Below, piece after piece: positions 6,757-16,325 of a stretch of 24,000 bases of DNA; the stretch's first letter is position 1, and each line of letters starts with the position of its first letter. Source of the stretch: Actinocrinis sp. Its GTDB lineage: Bacteria > Actinomycetota > Actinomycetes > Streptomycetales > Catenulisporaceae. Position numbers and translations under genes: made by a program. The stretch lies in the NCBI GenBank assembly GCA_035943635.1, contig DASZBX010000088.1, positions 1 through 24,000 of the forward strand. The letters run 5' to 3'. The notes under the pieces are model-generated. The model was given only the letters and a program-made list of their open reading frames with translations, was not told the DNA's origin and did no database searches.

Positions 6757-7896
6757 TCAGCAGATCCGCGGCAGCGGGTCGCCGACCAGCAGGTCCACGA
6801 TCCGGGTGCCGCCGAACAGGGTGCGCAGCACCACGGTCCCGGCCGGGTCGGCGGCGATCTCGCCGACCACGGCGGCCTGCGCGCCGAGCGGGTGCCCGCG
6901 CAGCGCGGCCAGCCCGGCCTCGGTCTCGCCGGCGGCGAGCACGGCCAGGAACTTGCCCTCGTTGGCCACGTACAGCGGGTCGATGCCGAGCAGTTCGCAG
7001 GCCCCGTTGACCGCCGGGCGGACCGGCAGCCGCCACTCGTCCAGGACCACGCACAGGCCGGCGGCCCGGGCCAGTTCGTTGCAGACCGTGCCGACGCCGC
7101 CGCGGGTCGGGTCGCGCAGCCAGCGGGTCGAGGGGGCCGCGGCGAGCAGGACCTCGGCCAGGTCGCCGAGCGGGGCCGTGTCCGAGCGGATGTCGGCCTC
7201 GATCGCGAGGTCGCCGCGGGCCAGCATCACGGCCATCCCGTGGTCGCCCATCGTCCCGGTCAGCACCAGGCGGTCGCCCGGGCGCACCGAGGCGGCCGAG
7301 AGCCGGCGCCCGTCCGGGATCACGCCCACGCCGGCGGTCGTGATGAACAGTCCGTCGGCGGCGCCGGTCGGTACGACCTTGGTGTCGCCGGTGACGATCT
7401 GCACCCCGGCGGCCTCGGCGGCCTCGGCCATGTCGGCCACGATCGCACGCAGTCCGCTGATCGGGAAGCCTTCTTCGAGCACGAACGCGGCCGACAGCCA
7501 GGCCGGGCGGGCGCCGGACACGGCCAGGTCGTTGACCGTGCCGTGCACCGCGAGGTGGCCGATCGAGCCGCCGGGGAAGCGCAGCGGCTGGACCACGAAC
7601 GCGTCGGTGCTGAAGGCGAGCCGGTCGCCGCCGGGCAGGGCCAGGACGGCGCCGTCGCCGAGCGCCTCGAGGTGTTCGTTGCGGAAGGCCTCGACGAAGA
7701 CCGAGTCGACCAGCGCCGCGGACGACTTCCCGCCGGCGCCGTGGGCCAGGGTGACGATCTCGTCCAGCAGCCGCGGCCGGCGGCGGCGGAAGGCCTCGAT
7801 CCGTTCGATCACCTCGCCCTCGGCGAAGGACGGGCCGGGGCCGGACCGACTGTGCTCGGCCGGGTCGTGCGCGGCGAGGCCGGAGTAAGAGGTCAT
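6757..7896 (-). CDS. hypE: Hydrogenase maturation protein HypE (carbamoyl dehydratase)
   Basis: ATG 7896..7894 overlaps the upstream stop (ATGA), giving 379 aa. AIR-synthase-like motifs (LAHGAGGK, TDAFVV, GTVNDLAVSGA, TGDTKVV) and the diagnostic C-terminal PRIC. Confidence 0.93.
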   Translation of the reverse strand: MTSYSGLAAHDPAEHSRSGPGPSFAEGEVIERIEAFRRRRPRLLDEIVTLAHGAGGKSSAALVDSVFVEAFRNEHLEALGDGAVLALPGGDRLAFSTDAFVVQPLRFPGGSIGHLAVHGTVNDLAVSGARPAWLSAAFVLEEGFPISGLRAIVADMAEAAEAAGVQIVTGDTKVVPTGAADGLFITTAGVGVIPDGRRLSAASVRPGDRLVLTGTMGDHGMAVMLARGDLAIEADIRSDTAPLGDLAEVLLAAAPSTRWLRDPTRGGVGTVCNELARAAGLCVVLDEWRLPVRPAVNGACELLGIDPLYVANEGKFLAVLAAGETEAGLAALRGHPLGAQAAVVGEIAADPAGTVVLRTLFGGTRIVDLLVGDPLPRIC

Positions 7897-8552
7897 CGTT
7901 GCTCCGCCGGCTGAGCCAATTGTTCGTGGACTGATTCCCAGAGCCGGTATCCGAGCAGGGCTTGGGCCTCCTGGATCCGGTGCACGCTCTGCGAGCGCAC
8001 GACGAGGCACACGTCGACGTCCGGGCTCCCGGCGAACTCGCCGCCGTCGTAGCCCGCGAACCCGACCGTGTACAGGCCGCGCGCCCGCGCCTCCCGGAAC
8101 GCGGCGGCCAGGTCGCGCGAACTGCCGCTGGTGGACAGGGCGATCGCGACGTCCGTGGGCCGGGCCCGGGCGATCAGCTGCCGGGCGAAGACCAGGTCGA
8201 AGCCGACGTCGTTGCCCAGCGCGGTCAGGATCGCCTGGTCGGCGGCCAGGGACCAGGCCGGCAGCGGGCGGGCCGGGGATCCGGGCGGCGGGACGGCGAA
8301 CAGCCCGGCCAGGGTGGCGGCGTCGGTGCAGCTGCCACCGTTGCCGAAAGTGAAGATCCGTCCGCCCGCGGACAGCCGGCGGGCGATCTCGGCGGCGGCC
8401 GTCCGCAGCTGCGGCGCGCACGCTTCGAGGGTGCTGCGGCGTAGCTGCGCGCTCTCCCGGGACTTGGCCCGGGCCGAGGCGGCCAGGTCGGTCAGCAGGG
8501 AGCCCTGGTCTCGTTCCGTGGCGTCCAGGAACGGGTAGAGGAAGCCGGTCAC
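7893..8552 (-). CDS. SIS-domain protein, GmhA (phosphoheptose isomerase)-like
   Basis: 219 aa. GTG start forms a GTGA overlap with the upstream stop. SIS hallmarks: RIFTFGNGGSCTDA, LTALGNDVGFDLVFARQ, DVAIALSTSGSSRD, VHRIQEAQALLGY. Confidence 0.8.
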   Translation of the reverse strand: MTGFLYPFLDATERDQGSLLTDLAASARAKSRESAQLRRSTLEACAPQLRTAAAEIARRLSAGGRIFTFGNGGSCTDAATLAGLFAVPPPGSPARPLPAWSLAADQAILTALGNDVGFDLVFARQLIARARPTDVAIALSTSGSSRDLAAAFREARARGLYTVGFAGYDGGEFAGSPDVDVCLVVRSQSVHRIQEAQALLGYRLWESVHEQLAQPAEQR

Positions 8553-9370
8553 GGCCGGCCCTCCTCGGCCAGGCGGCTGATCGCCATCCCGGCGTGCACG
8601 AGCACCAGGTCGCCTCCGCGGACCGGTTCGACCAGCGCCGTGGAGACGCGTTCTTCGTAGCCTGCGACGAGGACGACGGCCTCGCCGCCGGGACCCACCG
8701 TGACCACCTCGCCGAGCCTGCCCTCGTCGCTACAGGTGACGCAGACCTCCTCGTCGCAGTCGGCCGCGACGGCCTGGCCCAGCAGTCCCGGGTGTTCGAA
8801 GCAGACGTGGGTCAGTTCCCAGAGCAGGTGGTAGAGCAGCACGAACCCGCCGGCGGCCGGCCGGCCCGGGTCCGGATCGTCAAGCCAGAGCACGTGATCG
8901 GCCGCGCCCGCCGGGGGCCGGGGGCCGTTGCCGATCCACAGGGCGCTCGCGCCCCAGGCCGGGGCGCGGCGGATCACCGCGCCCGCCTGCGGGTCGTCGG
9001 CCGCCGCGACGGCGATGATCACGTCGCCGGGCCGGACCGAGAGCCGGGCCGCGCCGACCACGGCCGGGCCGGTCAGCGCGACGGCCGGCAGGGCCTTCGC
9101 GCCGACCACGACCGGATGGACGAACTCGACCGCGATGTGCTGGGCGTGCGGCTCCCAGGCCGGGGCCAGGCACCAGAGCGTGGCCCCGGCGGCGAACCGG
9201 CGCGCGAGACTCAGCGCGGCCGTGGCCAGATCGGCGGCCAGATCCTCGCCGATCTCGCCTTCGGGCGCGGTGGCCGCCGGGTCTTGCGGCTCCGGAGCCG
9301 CTTCGGGCTCGTTCCCGCCGAGGGCATCAGTATTCGTATCAACCATGACGACACCTATCGCGGATATCAT
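8549..9370 (-). CDS. Degenerate SIS-like domain fused to a C-terminal HypC-like domain
   Basis: ATG 9370..9368 overlaps the hypC1 stop (ATGA), giving 273 aa; ATG 9346 is an alternative start. The middle region (AQHIAVEFVHPVVVGAKALPAVALTG...GDVIIAVAAAD...LYHLLWELTHV) follows SIS topology but lacks the GNGGS and STSG motifs. The C-terminus CVTCSDEGRLGEVVTV...GGDLVLVHAGMAISRL parallels HypC. Confidence 0.6.
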   Translation of the reverse strand: MISAIGVVMVDTNTDALGGNEPEAAPEPQDPAATAPEGEIGEDLAADLATAALSLARRFAAGATLWCLAPAWEPHAQHIAVEFVHPVVVGAKALPAVALTGPAVVGAARLSVRPGDVIIAVAAADDPQAGAVIRRAPAWGASALWIGNGPRPPAGAADHVLWLDDPDPGRPAAGGFVLLYHLLWELTHVCFEHPGLLGQAVAADCDEEVCVTCSDEGRLGEVVTVGPGGEAVVLVAGYEERVSTALVEPVRGGDLVLVHAGMAISRLAEEGRP

Positions 9371-9729
9371 CGGGCGCCGCCGCCTCGCTGAGCCGGGACG
9401 GCCCCGACCGCGGGCCCGCTTGCAGACGTCGCAGGGCTCAAATTTGCCGCACGGTCGGCCGCCGCCGGAATCTCCGCGGCCTGGCCGAAGACCCCGTACT
9501 CCGCCATCGTCGCAATGGTCTCCAACGCCGACGCCTCCTCGATCCTGGTCAGCGCGAAGCCCGCGTGCACGATCGTGTAGTCGCCCACCTGCAGCTCCGG
9601 CAGGTAGGCCAGGCAGATCCGCCGGGACTCCACGGCCGTTCCGGCCTGCCGGAACTCGACCCGGGCCATCCGCGCGCCGCTCTCCTCGTCCCAGACCTCG
9701 ACGATCTTGCCGGGTATGCCCAGACACAT
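9367..9729 (-). CDS. hypC: Hydrogenase assembly chaperone HypC/HupF family (copy 1, with about 40-aa C-terminal tail)
   Basis: 120 aa. MCLGIPGKIVEV...VGDYTIVHAGFALTRIEE. The start lies 1 nt after the hypF stop. Confidence 0.9.
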   Translation of the reverse strand: MCLGIPGKIVEVWDEESGARMARVEFRQAGTAVESRRICLAYLPELQVGDYTIVHAGFALTRIEEASALETIATMAEYGVFGQAAEIPAAADRAANLSPATSASGPAVGAVPAQRGGGAR

Positions 9730-9730
9730 G

Positions 9731-12142
9731 TCAGCTCTCCTCCTCGATCGCCCGCAGCGCCGACACCGCGGCCTGGCCGAGCGCCAGGCCGCCGTCGTTC
9801 GGCGGGACCAGGCGGTGCGTGAGCACCTCGAAGCCCTCGGCCTCCAGCTGTTCCCGGCACAGGCCCAGCAGCAGCACGTTCTGGAACACCCCGCCGGTCA
9901 GGCCGGCCAGCCGCACGCCGTGCTCGCGCCCGACCTGGACCGCCACCATCGCGACCGCGTCCGCGAGAGCGGTGTGGAAGGCCTCTGCGAGCAGCGCCGC
10001 CGGGACCGCGTCGCGCAGCCCTGCGACGAGATCCGCCAGCATCGGCGCGGGATCCAGCACGCCGTCCGCGCCGACCTTGAAGTGGAACTTCGGCGCCGTC
10101 ATGTTCAGGTCCTCGGCCGAGCGCGCCAGCACCTCCAGCTCGATCGCGGCCTGTCCCTCGTAGGCGATCCGGTGCCGCACGCCGAGCAGCGAGGCCACCG
10201 CGTCGAACAGGCGGCCCACGCTCGTGCACGGCACGCACCCGAACCCGCTGTCCAACTGCGATCTCAGCACTCGGAGTTCCTGGACGCTCGCCGCCGCCAC
10301 CGGGGGCAGGTCCCCGGACCAGTCGATCCCGGCCGCGCGCAGGTGCGACAGGGCCATCCGCCACGGGTTGCGCACGGCGAGGTCCCCGCCGGCCAGCGGC
10401 ACCGGCGCCAGATGCCCGGCCCGGATGAACCGCTGGCTGGCCCGGCCCAGCAGCAGCACCTCGCCGCCCCAGACCGCGCCGTCGGTGCCGTATCCGGTGC
10501 CGTCGAAGGCGAACCCGACCACCGGGCGGCCGAGCCGGCCGTGCTCGGCCAGCAGTGAGACGACGTGCGCGTGGTGGTGCTGGACCAGGTCCAGCGGGCG
10601 GTCCCCGGCGGCGCGCTCGGCCCAGCCGCGGGTGAGGTAGCCCGGGTGCAGGTCGGCGGCCAGCCGTTGCGGACCGTCGCTCTGCAGCCCGGTGAGCTGC
10701 TCGACCGAGCGTTCGAACGCGCTGAGCGTGGCGGCCGCGCCCATGTCGCCGATGTGCCCCGAGGTGTACGCCAAGCGGCCCTCGGTCAGGCAGAAGGTGT
10801 TCTTCAGCTCCCCGCCGACCGCCAGGACCGAGGGCGCGGCCCGGCCGAGGTCGACCGGAAGCGGCGCGTACCCGCGGGAGCGGCGGATCGGCAGCACGGT
10901 CCCGTCCACCACCCGGACCACCGAGTCGTCGCAGGGCACGTGGATAGGCCGGTCGTGGGTGAGCACCGCGTCGGCCAGGTCGGGCAGCCACGCGACCGCG
11001 TCCTCGTCGCGGAAGCAGATCGGTTCGTCCTCGATGTTGGCACTGGTGAGCACGATCCCGTGCGGCGGGTACACGTCCGCCCCGGGCACCGGCTCGAACA
11101 CCAGGTGGTGCAGCGGCGAGTAGGGCAGCATCAGGCCGATCCACGGGCTGCGCGAGCCCTCCATCCCGGCCACCCCGGCCGCCACCGGCGCGCCCAGCCG
11201 CCTTGGCAGCAACAGGATCGGGCGGGCCGGGGAGCTGAGCACAGCCGCGTCCGCGCGGTCGAACCGGGCCAGCCAGCGGGCCACGGTCAGGTCCGCGACC
11301 ATCACGGCGAACGGCTTGGCCGCGCGGGCCTTGCGGGCGCGCAGCCGGGCCACCGCCTCCTCGTCGTTGAGCGCGCAGGCCAGGTGGTAGCCGCCGATCC
11401 CCTTGATCGCGACGATCTGCCCGGCCGCCAAGGCGCGCTGGGTGGCCAGGATCGCGGCGTCCGACTGGCTCAGCCGGCCGAAGTCGCAGGCCGGTCCGTC
11501 GCCGTCCGGCTCGGGCCCGGCCACCTGCTGCCCGGCCGGTTTCGGCTCGGTCCAACTCTCGAACCGCAGGGTCGGGCCGCAGTCCGGGCAGGCGATCGGC
11601 TGGGCGTGGAACCGGCGGTTCGCCGGATCCTGATATTCGGCTTCGCAGCGCCCGCACATCGGGAACCCGGCCATGGTCGTGGCCGGCCGGTCGTACGGCA
11701 GGGATCTGATGATGCTGAACCGGGGCCCGCAGTTCGTGCAGGTGACGAACGGGTGCCGGTAGCGCCGGTCGGCCTTGTTGAACAGGTCGCGGCGGCAGTC
11801 GGCGCACATCGCGATGTCCGGCGGGATCGGCGAGCGGGCCCCGTCGGTCTCCTCGCTGGGCACGATCCGGAAGTCCCGGTCCGCGGTGGCCGGGATCACC
11901 ACGGTCCGCACCTGGTCCACGTCGGCCAGCGGCGGGGCCTGCTCGACCAGCCGGGCGGCGAACTCCTCGACCAGGTACCCGGGGCCCTGGACCTCCAGGA
12001 ACACCGCCGAGGAGTCGTTGCCGACCAGGCCGACCAGGCCGAGTTCGGTGGCGATCCGGTAGACGTGCGGCCGGAATCCGACCCCCTGCACCACGCCGGT
12101 CACCGTGAACCGGCGCCGCTCCACGTCGGCCAGCAATCCCAT
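9731..12142 (-). CDS. hypF: Carbamoyltransferase HypF
   Basis: Start chosen at ATG 12142..12140 (TGATG overlap with the NHL gene stop), giving 803 aa. Acylphosphatase domain ([16 protein letters not shown]), two Zn-finger repeats (CADCRRDL...CTNCGPRFS; CGRCEAEY...CPDCGP), YrdC-like ([11 protein letters not shown]) and a Kae1-like C-terminus. The track ORF upstream of 12142 is Arg/Pro-rich out-of-frame read-through of the NHL gene. Confidence 0.95.
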   Translation of the reverse strand: MGLLADVERRRFTVTGVVQGVGFRPHVYRIATELGLVGLVGNDSSAVFLEVQGPGYLVEEFAARLVEQAPPLADVDQVRTVVIPATADRDFRIVPSEETDGARSPIPPDIAMCADCRRDLFNKADRRYRHPFVTCTNCGPRFSIIRSLPYDRPATTMAGFPMCGRCEAEYQDPANRRFHAQPIACPDCGPTLRFESWTEPKPAGQQVAGPEPDGDGPACDFGRLSQSDAAILATQRALAAGQIVAIKGIGGYHLACALNDEEAVARLRARKARAAKPFAVMVADLTVARWLARFDRADAAVLSSPARPILLLPRRLGAPVAAGVAGMEGSRSPWIGLMLPYSPLHHLVFEPVPGADVYPPHGIVLTSANIEDEPICFRDEDAVAWLPDLADAVLTHDRPIHVPCDDSVVRVVDGTVLPIRRSRGYAPLPVDLGRAAPSVLAVGGELKNTFCLTEGRLAYTSGHIGDMGAAATLSAFERSVEQLTGLQSDGPQRLAADLHPGYLTRGWAERAAGDRPLDLVQHHHAHVVSLLAEHGRLGRPVVGFAFDGTGYGTDGAVWGGEVLLLGRASQRFIRAGHLAPVPLAGGDLAVRNPWRMALSHLRAAGIDWSGDLPPVAAASVQELRVLRSQLDSGFGCVPCTSVGRLFDAVASLLGVRHRIAYEGQAAIELEVLARSAEDLNMTAPKFHFKVGADGVLDPAPMLADLVAGLRDAVPAALLAEAFHTALADAVAMVAVQVGREHGVRLAGLTGGVFQNVLLLGLCREQLEAEGFEVLTHRLVPPNDGGLALGQAAVSALRAIEEES

Positions 12143-13341
12143 CAGTGCCGCCCCCAAATCAGGACTCGGTTGTTTCCGGAGTCGGCCACCGCGAGGCGGT
12201 CGCCGTGCATGCTGATCCCGTAGGGCCAGGACAGGGTGTCCCGCTGCACGCTGGACCAGCGGTTCTCCCCGTTCGCGGCGAAGGTCGGCTGGGCCAGCAC
12301 GTGGTCCGCGGCCTGGCCGTGCCCGGGCACCCGGTCCCACAGCAGGATCCGGTTGTCCGCGGTGTCGGCCACGGCCAGCCGGCCGCCTTCCAGCGCGACG
12401 GAGTAGGGGAAGCGCAGCCGGTCGCCGCTGTGCGGGCCGAACGGCCACTCGGCCGCGGTGTCGAAGTCCGGCTGGCCCAGCACCAGATCGGCCGGCCGGT
12501 CCCGGTCCGGGCGCGGGCGCCAGCCGAGCACCCGGTGGTTGCCGGCGTCGGCGACCAGCAGCAGGCCGTCCGTCCCGGCCACGCCGTGCGGCCAGCGGAA
12601 GCTGTCCGGGCCGACCCCGCGGTCCCGGTTCTCCCCGCGCCGGGTCGCCTCCGGCTGGCCGAGCACGACGTCGGCGGGGCGGTCCCGGTCCGGCAGGCCG
12701 CCGTCCCAGCCGAGCACGCGCCGGTTCCCGGTGTCCGCGACCCAGAACCACCCGTCGGCCACGGCGATCCCGAACGGCCAGTACAGCGATCCGGCGGTGC
12801 ACCGCACGCCGTCCTGCGCGCCGCCGCGGTTCGCGCCGACCGAGGCCGGGTCGGGCTGGCCGAGGATCAGGTCGGGGGCCTGGTCGCTGGCCCGCGAGAC
12901 CGTGTTCCAGATCAGGATGCGATGATGCCAGGCGTCCGCGACGGCCAGCCGTCCGTCGTGCACCAGCACGCCGGTGGGCAGGTTCATCCCGCGCTCCGGG
13001 CCGCGGCCGTCGGCCGCCCGGCCCTCGGTGGTGCCGTCCGGCTGGCCGAGCACGACGTCGGCCGGCTGCTCGTCCGCCGTCGGAACTCCGTGCCAGATCA
13101 GGACCCTGTGGTTGCCGGAATCGGCCACGACCAGGTGTTCGCGGTCCAGGAAGACCCCGCGCGGCGAGTACATCCAGGCCATGGTCGGGTTCGCCGCGGG
13201 CAGGGCGAGCCCGCCCGGCGCGGGCGCCCCGAGCCAGGTCTCTGCCGTCCATCCGCCGCTCAGGTCCGACAGCGCGGGCCCCGGGTTCGGCGTGTCCGCC
13301 GGTGGCCTCGGCCCGATGCTCACCCTCATCGTGTCGCTCAT
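12142..13341 (-). CDS. NHL-repeat protein (six-bladed beta-propeller)
   Basis: ATG 13341..13339 overlaps the upstream stop (ATGA), giving 399 aa. Six repeats of the type [VA]ADxGNxR[VI]LxW...D.[VI]LGQP[DE] ([78 protein letters not shown]). Confidence 0.85.
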   Translation of the reverse strand: MSDTMRVSIGPRPPADTPNPGPALSDLSGGWTAETWLGAPAPGGLALPAANPTMAWMYSPRGVFLDREHLVVADSGNHRVLIWHGVPTADEQPADVVLGQPDGTTEGRAADGRGPERGMNLPTGVLVHDGRLAVADAWHHRILIWNTVSRASDQAPDLILGQPDPASVGANRGGAQDGVRCTAGSLYWPFGIAVADGWFWVADTGNRRVLGWDGGLPDRDRPADVVLGQPEATRRGENRDRGVGPDSFRWPHGVAGTDGLLLVADAGNHRVLGWRPRPDRDRPADLVLGQPDFDTAAEWPFGPHSGDRLRFPYSVALEGGRLAVADTADNRILLWDRVPGHGQAADHVLAQPTFAANGENRWSSVQRDTLSWPYGISMHGDRLAVADSGNNRVLIWGRH

Positions 13342-14312
13342 GTGCCCACCCGGATCCAGACGTCCCCGGCTTCGACCCGCAGCGGCAGCTGTTCCAGGTG
13401 CGCTCCGGGGGCGCTCAGGCACTCGCCGGACAGCGCGTCGTAGCAGAATCCGTGCCAGGGGCAGGTCAACGTGCCGTTGGTTGCGTCGAGCAGCGCGTTG
13501 TCCAGCGGCATCCCCTCGTGCGCGCACGCGTTTCCGTACGCCGTGAGCCGGTTGCCGATGTTCACGACGATGACCCCCGCGGCCAGCGCCGATCTCGATC
13601 TCGTCCCCGGTGCCGCGCCCAGCGACAGTGTGCTGATCTTCCCCTCGGCCAACTCCCCGACCGCCGCGGCCTTCACCCATCCGTCGGCCGCGAGACCGTC
13701 CGGGTCCGCCGCCCCGGGCCCGATCCGCAGTGCGGACAAGGGAATCAGGGCCGGTGACGGTTCGCCGGGCAGCACTTCGACCGTCGTGATCCCCGGAACG
13801 CCGCCGACCAGCGCCTCTTCGACCAGGTGGCGAAGCGTCACCGAGGACATGGAGCACCCGTTGCAGGCGCCCTCCAGCCGGACATACGCGACCGGGCCCT
13901 CGATCCGGACCAGGGCGACGTCGCCGCCGTGCGACTGCAGCTGCGGCCGGACCTGAGTCAGAACCCTGGTCGCGAGCGTGACCGGATCCGGGCGGACGAT
14001 CCCGTGCAGCGACAACAGCAGATGCACGGTCGGATCATCGACGAGCTCGTACAACGCCGGACGGGTCGCCTCCTCGGACCGCAGCCGCCGGACGATCGTC
14101 ACCAACCCGGCCCGGTGCACGGCCTCCACGGCCGCCTTCAGCTCCTCGGCGACCGCCCGGGCCGGGCCGTCCAGCGCGGCCAGCGCCTTGACCGCGTCGT
14201 CCACCCGCATCGCCAGCCGCTCGAACGACGGTTCCGGCTCGGCCGGCTCCGGCTCGGGCCGCGCCGCGGGGGGGCGGTCCCGCGCCCGGCCGTCCCGGAT
14301 ATCAGCAGTCAT
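13338..14312 (-). CDS. hucE: NifU-like + Rieske [2Fe-2S] fusion protein (HucE/HhyE-like putative hydrogenase electron-transfer/assembly protein)
   Basis: ATG 14312..14310 lies 2 nt after the upstream stop, giving 324 aa. Nfu-type domain ([28 protein letters not shown]). C-terminal Rieske motif CAHEGMPL-x15-CPWHGFCYD. Confidence 0.8.
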   Translation of the reverse strand: MTADIRDGRARDRPPAARPEPEPAEPEPSFERLAMRVDDAVKALAALDGPARAVAEELKAAVEAVHRAGLVTIVRRLRSEEATRPALYELVDDPTVHLLLSLHGIVRPDPVTLATRVLTQVRPQLQSHGGDVALVRIEGPVAYVRLEGACNGCSMSSVTLRHLVEEALVGGVPGITTVEVLPGEPSPALIPLSALRIGPGAADPDGLAADGWVKAAAVGELAEGKISTLSLGAAPGTRSRSALAAGVIVVNIGNRLTAYGNACAHEGMPLDNALLDATNGTLTCPWHGFCYDALSGECLSAPGAHLEQLPLRVEAGDVWIRVGT

Positions 14313-14314
14313 GC

Positions 14315-15709
14315 TCACTCCGCATCCTGGTCCTGGTTCCTGACCAGCACCTGCTGGCGGGCGATCTCGTCGAGCAGGCCGCGCACCATCCGGACCGAGT
14401 CGCCGTCGGAGAACTCCTCGAACAGGAACCGGGCCTCGTGCAGCTTGGCCCTCGCGTGGGCGAACTGGCCCAGGTGCGCCAGCACGTTGCCCTGGTTGGC
14501 CAGCACCCGCGCGCGGCCGATCGGATCGGAGTGCCGCCCGCGGACCTGGAGCACGGCCTCGTACAGCTCCAGCGCTTCGACCAGATTGTCGGCCTGGTGC
14601 CGGGACGGCGTGTAGACAAGGGAATTGGCGAGATTCAGCTGAGTGCTCGCCCACCGCTCCGGATGGGTCTGCGGGGTGTACACCTTCAGCGCGTGACGCA
14701 GCGACTGCACCGCGACGCCGAGCCGGAGCTGATCGGAAGCCTGCGTCATCGGCATGGTCAGGTAGGCAGCGGCGAGGTTGGCGTGGGCGGCGGCCCACAG
14801 TTCCGGCGCCTGCTCGGCCGTGATCAGCTGGAGCACCGAGTGGTAGTGCGGCACCGCGAGCGCCAGCTGCTGCGGCTGCTGTGCGGACAGTTCGTGCAAC
14901 GCCCCGGCCAGGCCCAGGTGCAGCTCGGCCCGGCTGACCCGCAGGTCCTCGGCCCCGCTGAGCGCCAGCAGGGCCTGCTCGTAGAGCACCGCAGGGCCCG
15001 GATTCGCCGGGCCGCTGCTCTCGCCCAGGCCGAACACCTCCTGGCTGATCGACGCGGCCGCCCCCAGCATCAGTCCGGCCAGCGGCGGCGCCACCGGGCG
15101 CGCGGTCCGGGCCGCCTGGTGCAGCAGCCGCAGCGCCTCGGTCGGCTCGCCGGCGGCCAGCTCGTGCGTGGCCTGCGCGGACAACAGCAGCGCGGCGATC
15201 TCCCCCTCGGCCGAGCCCGGCTCGGGCGGCGTCACGGTCCGGCCGAGCACGAAGGACACCAGGTCGACCAAGGGCCCGAACTCGCCCAGATCCGCGCGCA
15301 GCTGCTGTAGTTCTCCTTCACCATCCTCAGAATCCTCAGCTCCGGCGCCGCCGAGGCCGTCCGGGTCCAGCACGAACCGGTTGTACCGGCTGACCGGATC
15401 GGACCCGGCCGCGGCCAACGCTGCCAGCGCGCCCCCCCGGTCCCCGGCCAACGCCAACTCGTGCGCCCGCAGCCGTTCCGGCCACGGATCCGGCGCCCGG
15501 CCCGCCAACAACGACACCCGCGCGGCCTCGGTGTCCGCACCGCCCGGGATCAGCAGGTACCCGGCCGGCAGCGGGAACGTGCCCAAAGGCTGCGGCCGCA
15601 CCGGCGCCGCCCACGCCGACGGGCCCGCCTGCGCAGTCCGCTCCGGCTGCGAGCTCGACGGCGACCCGTCGATCATGATCGTCACCGGACCGGCCAGCAG
15701 ATCAGACAT
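14315..15709 (-). CDS. TPR-like helical-repeat protein
   Basis: 464 aa. The C-terminal two thirds are Ala/Leu-rich helical-pair repeats (e.g. ELWAAAHANLAAAYL, RWASTQLNLANSLVY, GRARVLANQGNVLAHLGQFAHARAKLHEA). ATG 15709 overlaps the upstream gene by 8 nt. Confidence 0.6.
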   Translation of the reverse strand: MSDLLAGPVTIMIDGSPSSSQPERTAQAGPSAWAAPVRPQPLGTFPLPAGYLLIPGGADTEAARVSLLAGRAPDPWPERLRAHELALAGDRGGALAALAAAGSDPVSRYNRFVLDPDGLGGAGAEDSEDGEGELQQLRADLGEFGPLVDLVSFVLGRTVTPPEPGSAEGEIAALLLSAQATHELAAGEPTEALRLLHQAARTARPVAPPLAGLMLGAAASISQEVFGLGESSGPANPGPAVLYEQALLALSGAEDLRVSRAELHLGLAGALHELSAQQPQQLALAVPHYHSVLQLITAEQAPELWAAAHANLAAAYLTMPMTQASDQLRLGVAVQSLRHALKVYTPQTHPERWASTQLNLANSLVYTPSRHQADNLVEALELYEAVLQVRGRHSDPIGRARVLANQGNVLAHLGQFAHARAKLHEARFLFEEFSDGDSVRMVRGLLDEIARQQVLVRNQDQDAE

Positions 15710-16325
15710 CGAATCGTCCGCGCAGCTCGCGCTCGGCCGCCCGCTTGATCAACCTGGCGCTGACCTCGGCCCGGGACTTCGTGTGGAAACTGTCGATCCG
15801 GTGCCGGATCACGCCGTCGGGGAAGATCACCAGGACGTCCACCGCCCACCGGCCGCGCTCCGACTCGACCACGGTCTCCACGCCATACGCGCGACGCACA
15901 CCGGGAACGGACGAGCCGGCGGCCACATCAGAGAACGAGGGAACGGCCGGAGCAGGCGGCCCGGCCCACTCCTCCCGCCCCGACTTCGTCCCGGCCTCGC
16001 CCAGCAGATCCCGTTCTATCTCCGCGCACGTACTCGACAGCAGCCCCGCGATCGACGCCGGCACCGGATGCAGCCCGCTCCCACTCTGCTGCTCGCCGTC
16101 CGTCACAGCTGTGCCGCGTTCTGCATCGCCCGAGCCGTCCTTCCCACTGGTCTGCGCCTCCACATCCGTATCGGCCTCCACGTCAGCGTCCGCATACGAT
16201 TCCACCGAACCGGCCAGCTCTCCCAGCCCGCACTCGAGCACATCAGGATCCTGAAGAATCCGGTCGGCTCCCGCTCCGGTTCCGGCTCCGGCTGCGCCGC
16301 CGTGCTCCTCATACTTCGCGATCAC
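15702..16325 (-). CDS. Acidic hypothetical protein
   Basis: GTG 16325..16323 forms a GTGA overlap with the protease stop, giving 207 aa. Low-complexity acidic N-terminal half (ADADVEADTDVEAQTSGKDGSGDAE) and a structured-looking C-terminus (RWAVDVLVIFPDGVIRHRIDSFHTKSRAEVSARLIKRAAE). The long track ORF 15702..17084 upstream of 16325 is out-of-frame overlap with the protease gene. Confidence 0.5.
   Translation of the reverse strand: MIAKYEEHGGAAGAGTGAGADRILQDPDVLECGLGELAGSVESYADADVEADTDVEAQTSGKDGSGDAERGTAVTDGEQQSGSGLHPVPASIAGLLSSTCAEIERDLLGEAGTKSGREEWAGPPAPAVPSFSDVAAGSSVPGVRRAYGVETVVESERGRWAVDVLVIFPDGVIRHRIDSFHTKSRAEVSARLIKRAAERELRGRFDV

Noticed and set aside
9549-11807. 752-aa minus-strand ORF in an alternative frame of hypF, plus the 1173-aa extended version of hypF (9731..13252)
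   Set aside because: The alternative frame gives an Arg/Pro/Gly repeat with no domains. The hypF extension upstream of 12142 reads through the NHL gene out of frame. HypF homology (acylphosphatase domain) begins right at ATG 12142.
12145-13443. 432-aa plus-strand ORF antisense to the NHL-repeat gene
   Set aside because: Its repetitive Pro/Val/Arg/Gly composition mirrors the antisense of the NHL repeats. It has no RBS or motif. The minus strand gives six clean NHL blades.
13338-14798. Long 486-aa version of the NifU-Rieske ORF, and the similar long versions 6757..8421, 8549..9727, 12142..13857, 4288..5421 and 15702..17084
   Set aside because: The upstream extensions lie inside the preceding gene in a different frame and are Arg/Pro/Gly-rich. 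In each case an internal ATG or GTG coincides with the upstream stop codon (ATGA/GTGA), which gives a consistent operon architecture.
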